Part shown: one piece after another, positions 49,941 through 59,900 of the stretch
How positions within the stretch are numbered: position 1 is the first letter of the stretch
How the letters are laid out: every line of letters starts with the position of its first letter
Source: Azolla caroliniana
Taxonomy: Eukaryota > Plantae > Polypodiophyta
Assembly: GCA_043228905.1 (NCBI GenBank)
Contig: JBHGNT010000021.1
Location: 4,464,001-4,528,000 of the forward strand
Length of the DNA stretch: 64,000 nt
Reading direction: 5' to 3'
Position numbers and translations under genes: made by a program
Notes under the pieces: model-generated
What the model saw: the letters and a program-made list of their open reading frames with translations, nothing else
Told to the model about the DNA's origin: nothing
The model's database searches: none

Positions 49941-52900
49941 GCGTGCTACGGAGGAGCTGCATGGTGCGTGCCCGAATGTACGCGTAAAGATCAGTGATGT
50001 CAAGATAAATCAACATTTCTTCGTGCAGGAAACATCCTCCCACCTGGTGATTCTTGATGAACCGTACATTACGGCAGCATGCATGGAGACGAAGGTGCTG
50101 GACAACGGTTCGACGTACGCGCGCGTCAAGAGCCAAGACGGTCAACATTCCGTCCAGTTCATGATCATACGTCCAAACCATGAGAGGAATCGTGAGACCC
50201 TCGGCGGCGACAACTGAGGGGATTTTTAGAGAGGGCTATCAAGGCGTGGGGCCGCCGTAGTCCGGACGTATCGGAAGAACCCCACACATGTACAATAGGT
50301 AGGAAGTTTTCGTTCTCCAAAAATGGAGGTTGTACTATAACCGGCGTCAGCGGCTGGGAGAGGAAGCGAGCGGAGGAGAGGCTTAGGGGATGCAGAGTCC
50401 TCTCCCCCGACGAAGAAATCAGCGGCGCCGTGGAGGCGGTCTCTTTTGACGACACCTTGGGCGAGTTGCGAAAGGTGATTGGTGAAGACCTTAGAGAAGA
50501 CCGGACCGTTCCGGTTAGTTCGATGGGAATGTACGAAGTCATCACGGACTTCGGGGAAAGGATCGGGTCGGATCGGACGGCCTGTGTGGATACAAAGTAC
50601 AAGACTATGGACTTGAAGGTGAGGCTAGTCGCGGCACCCTTGCCGGAGGGCAGCGAGGAGCGGATAAAAGGGGTCGCGTTGAACCCAAGTTTACGGAATC
50701 CGGCTGGCATAGGGCACCGGTTCACCGACATAACGCTATGGGAGCTCAAGGTCGATGGGGGTGGCTTTGTACTGCTGGCGGAGGAGGACAGGTTTCGGAG
50801 AATGCTTGGAAGGCATGGGAAAGCCTTCGCGTTCTCGCCGGAGGAGATCGGGTGTGTGGACCCGACGATCGTCGAACCGATGGTGTTCTTCACGGTACCG
50901 CATGTACCGTGGAATCTCAAACCGATTTGGGTGCCGAGAGCTCACATCCCGAAGTTGATGGAGCTTCTGAAGCAAAAGGTGGAGATGGGCATCCTTGAAC
51001 CATCGAGTGCCCCATATTCGAATCGGTGGTTTACACTGCCGAAGAAGAACAGCACGCTGCGCTTCATTCAGGACCTGCAACCGGTCAACAGGGTGACCAT
51101 CCGTAATGCAGGAATCAGACCGACCATAGACGAGTTCGCGGAGGCCTTCGCTAGAAGGTCGATCGATTCGGTCGGTGACTTATACTCGGGGTATGAGCAG
51201 TTCCAACTAGCCGTGGAGAGCAGGGATATCACGACGATGCGAACTCCTCTCGGCCTAGTATGGATGTGTACCCTACCACAAGGCGGGACGAATTCGGTGG
51301 CGCATATGGTGAACGCAATGAACAAGGTGCTGAGGGACTGCATCCCGGACATCACCATGCCATTCTTGGACGAAATCCCGATAAAGGGGTGTCCGGTGGA
51401 AGATGTGGACGAGACTGTCAGGCCAGACGGATGCCGAAGGTTTGTCGTGAACCACATCAACGACTGCGAGAAGGTGCTGCAGAGGCTCGAGAGCGCACGA
51501 CTCACCTTCTCCAGAGAAAAATTGGCGTTCGGGCAGTCGGAGATCCTGGTGGTCGGACACCTGTGTGGGCCTTAAGGTAGGAAACCGTCTCCGGCAAAGG
51601 TAGAGGCCATCTCCGCGATGAGGAACGATTGCGGGTCGGTTACGGAGGTCCGCAGATTCTTGGGTGCATGCGCGTTCTACCACATTTGGATCCCGCACTA
51701 TGCACATGTCGCGGAACCCCTCTACGGACTATTGAGAAAGGGGCGTAGCTTTGAGTGGAGGATGGAGCACACAGAGTCGGTCCGGAGACTAAAGGTTGCG
51801 CTTACGGTAGCGCTAGCTCTCCGTAAAGCGGCCATCTACGTGACGGTGGACACGAGCCCGACCGGGATCGGGTGGGTGATCAACCAGGAGGACGAGGATG
51901 GTGTACAGTTCCCGATCCGGTTCGGGGCGAAGGTATTGAGCGAGCGGCAGCGAGGATACGCCCAAGTCAAGCGCGAACTATGGGGTATCGTTTCAGCAGT
52001 CCAGGCCGACAGGGACTACCTGATCGGGGCGGAGGTAATAATCGAGACGGACTGCCTGCCAATACTCGGCATGGTTTCCGGATGCGCGACGCCGGACCTA
52101 GCAATGCTCCGGTGGATAGCGTACATTAAGTCCCTGAACCCGGAGATACGACACATCTCCAAAAAGGATAACGCCATGGCTGACATGCTTTCGAGAGCGA
52201 GGTTCAACGACGAAGACGACATGGTTTCGGATGACGAAGAAGTCGGCGAGGACTTCTTCGGGTTGGCTAATGTGATGACGAGGAAAGGGGACACTCCAGC
52301 GCTTAACGAATTCGACGAAAGCAGGTACGACGGGGAGTGGCTCCAAATCGGGAGGTTCCTACAGGCGATGACGCCGGACGCAGCGTGGATGAGAGAAGAG
52401 GCGAGCTGGGTACGGAAGAAGGCGTACCGATTCTTCCTACGGGAAGGGTGCATATCGAGGCACCCAAAGAAAAGAATGGCATCCCACTTCGAGTAGTGGT
52501 AAAGAAAGAAGAACAAGAGGAAATACTAGCGGCATTTCACGAGATTCCCTCGGCCGGGGCTGTACCGGGATGTGCATCGGTTCGTAACGACTTGTGAAAG
52601 TTGTCAGATGCACTCCGTAGTCTGACATCGGGACGAGCTACACCCGACCTACCCGCCTACGGTCCATTTCAAGTGGATGGTAGACTTGGTGACGATGCCG
52701 ATGGGAGTAGGACAGATGCGATTCCTGGTGCTTGCGCGGGAAGACTTAACGAACCAGGTGGAAGGCCGTGCACTGCTGAACAAGACAACCGCGGTTGTAT
52801 ACCGGTTCCTGATTGAAGAGGTAGTGTGTCGGTACGGTGCAATGGGAGTATCGTGGCAGATCGGGGAGAGCTGGATGCGCAAGAAGCTGAGGAGTTGTTC

Positions 52901-53617
52901 GACCGGCTAGGGGTCAAACTCTCCCTCACTACGGCGTACAATCCAGAGGCGAACGAAAAGGTAAAACGTGGGCACGGGCCGATCGTAATGGCGTTGGTGC
53001 GTGCATGCGGAGGGCAGGTCGGGAATTGGCCGCGGCTCCTTCCTTACGCACTATGGGCGGACTGAACTATGCACAGTTCGGTGACAAGGTTTATGCCGGC
53101 AGAGCTGATGTATGGACAGAAGCCGATCATGCCGGTGGAACAGACGGTTTCTTCGTGGGCGGCGGTAGATTGGAAGGACGAGATGAGCCGGGAGGAGTTG
53201 CTGGCGGCGCGGATTCGGCAACTCGAGCGGAGGCCGGAGGACATGAAACGGGCGAAGGAAAAGTTGCGGGTGGCAAGGGAGCGGAACAAGACCTGGTTCA
53301 ACCGGACGCACCGGTTGTGCCCCAAGAAGGTTGAGGAAGGTGACTGGGTCTTGGTATACGACAACAACCTCGACAATAAGCACAAGGCGGTGCGCAAGTT
53401 TGCTAGGAGATGGTTCGGGCCCTACACGGTGACGAGCGCGAACGACAATGACACGTACCACCTCGCGGAACTCGACGGGACATGGTTAGCGGTACCGGTG
53501 GCCGGGAAGCGGATCAAAGCGTTCAAGAAGCGGTTCGGAGACGAGCCGGAGCCGGCGAGCAAGAGCGACGAAGACGATCGGTTCGGGCCCGGCGAAGAAT
53601 CGGAGACCGACAAGTGA
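49941..53617 (+). pseudogene. pol: D protease C-half, RT, RNase H and integrase
   Basis: RATEELHGACP resumes after E. DLYSGYEQF, FLDEI (mutated), VTVDTS, KWMVDLV and WFGPY motifs. Confidence 0.9.
50220..50285 (+). promoter_or_regulatory. Putative -1 ribosomal frameshift signal between PR and RT (also 12023-12090 +, 16207-16272 -, 33913-33957 -)
   Basis: GGATTTT-TAG followed about 6 nt later by a conserved stem. RT is in the -1 frame in D and I. Confidence 0.7.
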
Positions 53618-54280
53618 AGCCGGTTTTCTTCGGTATCTACCCGTCTTTGGCGCATGCCGGTGGATGCGCGGTTTGGTGGGGGTGGATGTCGTGAAGAAAA
53701 CCGGCCATAGGCGGAATCGGAGAAAAAGGCGCATGAACCGGCTCTTACATAGGCGGATGCGAGAATTGATATTTTGGACATAATTCAAAATTAGGTCGGC
53801 AGATGTAAATACTAGGTAGTACACATTTATTAGGGGATTTGTGCGTATCTCTGTCAAAAGGGACAAGGAATAAAGCGATTTGACTAGGGAAGAAGGGTCT
53901 CCCCTTGGCGAACTATTTAAGGAGGGAGAGAAGGAAGAAAGGGATTGCATGTTGGCGAGGACGAAGTGCTGCTGCAGAACCGAGGGCCGAGCTCTCTCAC
54001 CTCCGATCATCGTTCTCTGTGGGGGTGTCGGGAGTTCGCTGCCTCTGCTTCGTGGACAGCCCCGTGTGCTTCCAGCAGAGGCTCTCTCCTCCCCGCCCCC
54101 CCCCCCCCCCCCCCCTTTTTTTTTGTCTCTTCGAGTCAAGTGGCTCTCGTCTATGTGCATGAGTAGGACCCCATGTCAAGTCCATTACCGGTTTGCCGGT
54201 TGTAACTATTCGAGTTGTAAGCTACTGATTATAGTAATCGGATTCCTGTTTCTTGCTCTTTTTTCTGTCTGTGTATTTGC

Positions 54281-54315
<35 letters not shown>

Positions 54316-55669
54316 TGGTCCAAGACCCTCGTGGTCCCGCCACTTCCTACACGCGAACGCGAAACTTCGCGACACCGTCATCCCGACCTTTGTATCGGGG
54401 TCCTTCACAGCTCTCGTTATTGCTTTATCCCGACTCGCGCCCTCTTGGGCCATTTGGCCTCGCACGTCCTCCGGGACCCCACGTTTTCTCTTCCTGGTGC
54501 GTAGCCCTTTGCTCTCTGTGCACCATCCTCCGCAATCTCGACAACTCACCGCCCCGCCTTCCATCCCATGCTTGCCTCTCAAAGGCTCGACGGGACCGCC
54601 ATCACCGGTCACTCGTTGCCGCTCTTCTGAGTGCATGCTTGTTTCTTAACCCTTCGCAGGCCGTAGTGCATGCTCCGTTTCATGCCCTTCACTCGCCGTA
54701 GTCCCAACCTTCGCATCAGCCTCTTCTTCCTTCGTCCTCGTAGTCCTTTCTGGCTTCGTTTGGCCCTCTTGACCCCACTCGTCCGTCTTTCCGCACCGGA
54801 TACCCGTTTCTGTAACCTTGTCCGCCCCGGCCTCTGACTGCTCACCGCCACCCGCTGTCTCTCCGGTCTTACATTGATCTGCAACCGCAGAAGCCTTTAG
54901 AATAGGTGTGGAGGGTTCCTCTTGTTTCCGGCCTTCCTCCGGACCGTAGTCGTTGCACCTACTTGGCCTCCTCGTGCTCACCTTGGTTACTCGTTGCCTC
55001 TATTGCTACGGACTTTGTCCCGTCATCGCCACCGTCAGTATCTTGGTCTTATGTCAGCTCCCGACGCCAAACGCCGAAGTCTCTAGATCCGGTGTGGAGG
55101 ATCCGTTAGGCCACCGACTCATGCACCAAGCGTCTCCGGTCTTTGTCCTGTTGACTTTGCCGATCGGGTCCGATTCTGGTTCGTGGCCGTGTCCCTAGCC
55201 TTATACCTCCTTCCGCTCCTTTTTGGCCCTTCTGCTTGATCTCGTTCACCTGTCGCCACCGTCCTTCTGTCCAGGTCTCATGCCGGCTCTCGCGCCAACC
55301 GCCAGAGTCTCTAGATCGGTGTGAGGATTGCCCACCCGCACTTCCTTTGCCCTCGTCCCCTCGCCGCCACCGTTAGTCTCTTGGTCTTATGTCGGCTCCG
55401 CTACCGACTGCCGAAGTCTCTAGATCCGGTGTGAAGGATCCTCCTTGGGCCTCTTGTTTTTCGACCCTATCCCCGGTGTTCCTTCTCTGCATGTCGAGAG
55501 GGTGGCTCGCTCCACACCCTCTCCCGTGGTACCGATGTACCATGTTCCGGACTCTTCGTAGGCCTGTTTCCTCCCCCCTTCCGGATCGGTTATCCGAAAG
55601 TCCGCTCTCCCGGTTCTCATTCGGGTCTGTCTGTCACTTTGCATTGCTAGGTCCCGTTCTACTACCGCC

Positions 55670-56340
55670 ACCATCAGTATCTTGGTCTTACGTCGGATCC
55701 GATGCCAACTGCCAAAGTCTCTAGCCCAGTGTGAGGTGACCCATAGGACCGGTCTTTGTTCCTCCGCTGCCGGATCGGTTATCTGGAAGTATGCTCCACC
55801 CGGTTCTTATCCGGATCCGTCCGTCACTCTACATTGCCGGGTCCCGTTCTCCTTCCGCCATGGTCAGTATCTTGGTCTTACGTCGGATCCGATGCCAACT
55901 GCCAAAGTCTCTAGCCCAGTGTGAGGTGACCCATAGGACCGGTCTTCGTTCCTCCGCTTCCGGATCGGTTATCCGGAAGTCCGCCCCGCCCGGTTCTCAT
56001 CTGGGTCCGTCCGTCACTTTGCATTACCGGCCATTCTCCTGCTGCCACCGTCAGTATCTTGGTCTTACGTCGGATACGATGCCAACCGCCAAAGTCTCTA
56101 GCCTGGTGTGAGGTGACCCATAGGATCGTTCTTCGTTCCTCCGCATCCGGATTGGTTATCCGGAAGTCCGCTCCACCCGGTTCTCGTCCGGGTCCGTCCG
56201 TCACTCTACATTGCCGGGTCCTGTTCTCCTACCGCCATTGTCAGTATCTTGGTCTTACGTCGGATCCGATGCCAACCGCCAAAGTCTCTAGCCTGGTGTG
56301 AGGTGACCCATAGGATCGGTCTTCGTTCCTCCGCTTCCGT
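55670..56340. repeat. ~190-bp tandem repeat (~3.5 copies) in the F internal region
   Basis: CAGTATCTTGGTCTTACGTCGGAT.CGATGCCAAC at about 55675, 55865, 56052 and 56242. Confidence 0.9.
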
Positions 56341-56949
56341 GTTCTTCTCTCGAACTCGTCGTCGACCTTCTTATTATGCTCCCGCCTCCATCTTCCATCT
56401 CTCTAGGTCTCACGCCAGCTATCGGGCCGACTGCTAGAGTCTCCGGATGACTTGTCCAAGGCCACTAACCCTTTTAGTGGTGTCGGTGGAAAGCATCCGC
56501 TCTATGATCGATCAAGCCCCACTTGGGCTTGATTCTCCAATGTCCGGAGTTTTGACTTAGATGCCGACCCCACCGGACTCGTTCCATACCCTTGATCATC
56601 TTCTTCCCGATTCCTGACCTTCGCCCGGTCGGTCTTTCTCCTCATGTAAAAGAGGGTGGCTCGTCCTGAACCCTCTACCGTATCGACACCTTCATACCGA
56701 ACTTGACCCCTGTCGATCGACTCTATTGCCCCTCCCTTGTCTTCCGTGTCTCCGGCCGCTTTCGGTCGAATGATCCATATCCGGATCGTGCTCCATCCGA
56801 ATCAGAATGTTGACCAGTTGGATCCCCGGTCTGGTCGACTTCCGATTCCGCTCCTCTCGGCACCGCCTCTCATTCGGTTCTTCTTCTCTGCCGCGGCTCC
56901 ATCCTCGACCTCCTCGCAGGCCGTTTGCCATCCATCTTCGCTAGCATCG

Positions 56950-59900
56950 TGTAAGAAATAGACACTTCGATTCACCTTCTTCCTTTCGGCCACAACCGAG
57001 TAATCGTGGATCAATGCAACAGAAAATAGAAACCAAAAGAGAGAAACACACGAGTACACAGGGATTAACGTGGAAAACCCTAGATGGGAAAAACCACGGG
57101 AGTACAAGACTCCAAACAACACTATACAAGAGAAGTATACAATGACGAGCTCCAAGGCGACGACCTTGAGCTCGCTGTCCTCGCCACAGGCGGCGGAAAT
57201 ACACAGAGGCGTCGTCCTCTTCCTCTCTCGCGCTCTATCTCTCTCTCTCTCACGGCTGCTCCCTCTTCGCTCCTCTTAAGTGGAAAAACAGAAAAATGAT
57301 AAGCAACGGTAAAACTGTTTGCCCTAAGTCATATATATACTTATATGACTTTGGGCTATTTACAACTGTAGCCACATGGGCCCATAGGAAACATATTCAC
57401 GGATATGTCCCTGCATCCGGATCGCTCTCCGGGTACATTCGTCATCCGGTACCGAAACCGAAACCGGTACCGTCCCATCCGGATCCGACCATCCCATTCG
57501 AAGGGACCGTAATCCCAACAAACTCCCCCTTCACTTCGGCATGGGATGTCTCTCCAATCCGATCCTCTTCCGGCATGCTTCCAGCTTGTCGGGTGTGAGC
57601 ACCTTGGTCAGCATATCCGACCCGTTCTCGTCCGTGTGGATCTTCGTCAGCACGAACTCCTTGTCTTCTATCCTTTCCCGGATCCAGTGATATCTTCGCT
57701 GGATGTGCTTCGTCCGGGAGTGATAGGCCGCGTTCTTTGCAAGGTGGATTGCACTCTGACTGTCGCAGTAGAGTCGGTACTCCTTCTGCCGGATACCGAG
57801 CTCTCCAATGAAGTCCTTCATCCATATTATTTCCTTGCCGGCTTCAACAGCTGCCATGTACTCCGCCTCCGTGGTTGACAACGCAACCGTCTTCTGCAGC
57901 CTCGACTGCCACGAAACAGCTCCCCCTGCATACGTCATCACATACCCTGATGTGGACCGGCTGGTATCTGCATCAGCCGACATATCCGAATCGGTGAAAC
58001 CGTCGAGTTCGGGTTTACCGGAGCCGAATCGGAGGCACACGTTTGCCGTGCCCTTCAGGTATCGGAGTATCCACTTGACCGCGTTCCAATGCTCTTTGCC
58101 GGGATTGCTCATGTACCGGCTCACCACTCCGACTGCATATCCGATGTCCGGTCTCGTACACACCATGGCGTACATCAAGCTCCCGACGGCTGAGGCATAC
58201 GGCACTTTCATCATATCCTCCTTTTCAGCCTTTGTCTTGGGACTTTGCTTGCTGGACAGCTTGCAGTTTGTCGGGAGGGTCGATCCGACCGGTCTTGCTT
58301 CCGACATGTTGAACCGGTGAAGCACCTTCGTCACGTACTTCTCCTGTGACAGCCACAACTGCTTCTTGCTCCGGTCCCGGATGATGTGCATCCCTAGTAT
58401 TTGTCTCGCCGGACCCAGGTCCTTCATTGAGAAGGTTCGGTGAAGAGCCTTCTTCAGCATCCGGATCTTGACCTGGTCCCGTCCGACGATCAACATGTCG
58501 TCCACGTACAGGAGGAGTATTAGAAAGTCTCCTCCTTCGAACTTCTTCACAAACACGCAGTGGTCGGACTGCGTTTTGAGGTACCCTTCGTCGGTCATGA
58601 AGGAGTCGAACTTCCGGTACCATTGCCGGGGAGCCTGCTTCAGTCCGTAAAGGCTCTTCTTCAGCCGGCATACCAGGTGCTCCTTCCCTTTCTTCTCGAA
58701 TCCTTCCGGTTGCTGCATGTAGATCTCTTCTTCGAGGTCACCGTGAAGGAATGCCGTCTTCACGTCCATCTGTTCTACCTCGAGGTCCATGCTTGCCGCT
58801 ATGCTCAGCACCGTCCGGATGGAGGTCATCTTCACCACCGGGGCAAATATCTCGTCGAAGTCGACGCCCTTCTTCTGCTGAAACCCCTTCACCACGATCC
58901 TGGCTTTGTATCTCGGGGGGTTTCCGGCATCTCCCGGTTTCAGCTTGAACACCCACTTGTTTCGAAGTGCCCGCTTTTCTTTCGGCAACTCCACAAGTTC
59001 ATATGTGTGGTTCTCATGCAGGGAATCCATCTCGTCCTGCATGGCACTCAACCACCTGCGGCTCTGAGTGTCATGTTTTGCTTCTTCAAAGCTCTCCGGC
59101 TCCCCCTCGTCGGTTAGCAGCACGTGCTCTGGTTCCGGAAATCTCCGGGGGGCCCTTCTCTCTCTTAGAGGATATCTCCGTTCCGGAGTTTCGGTAATCG
59201 GTTCTTCCGATTCTTCTTCATCCGAATCCATTTCGGGATCGGGGCCGGTTCCGGTATCATTTTCATCTTCTTCGGTCGGTTCGGTTTCTTCACCGTCTTC
59301 GGCCGGATCCTCGAGTGCTAACCGGTCCCTTGCCGGTCGGGACTGCTCCTCGTAGAGTTGATCCTCACCGGTCGACTTGGAGCTCTTCATCTTCTTCTCC
59401 GACTCCCAGTCGGCGAGTGTCTTGTCCTCCATGAAGATGATGTCTCGACTCCTGAATATCTTCTTGTCGACCGGGTCCCATACTCGGTAGCCGAACTCGT
59501 CGTCGCCGTAACCGAGGAATATGCATGGCGGGGTCTTTGGATCTAGCTTCCCTCTCCGGTCCTTTGCCACATGCACGTATGCGAGACACCCGAACACCTT
59601 CAGATGCCGGTAGGATACTTCCCTACCGGTCCACACTCTCTGCGGCGTGTCTCCGTCCAAAGGTACTGAGGGTGATCGGTTTATCACATATGTCGCCGTC
59701 GACATTGCCTCAGCCCAAAACCCCTTGGGTAATTTCGCATGCGCCAGCATACTCCGAACCCTCTCCATTATGGTCCGGTTCATCCTCTCGGCCAGCCCGT
59801 TCAGTTCCGGCGTCTTCGGCACAGTAAACTCGAGTCGGATTCCCTTCGAGCGACAGTACTCCTGGAACTGCCCCCGGTATTCCCCTCCGTTATCCGCTCG

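Larger units (their letters stand above)
41829..54374 (+). mobile_element. Element D: tRNA-Trp-primed gypsy (Phygy-like), full length but decayed, split by E
   Basis: LTRs 41829-42512 and 53687-54374, PBS TGGTGAACCCGACGTGA at 42517, PPT GGTGGGGGTGGA, TSD CTGT/CCGT. Confidence 0.94.
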
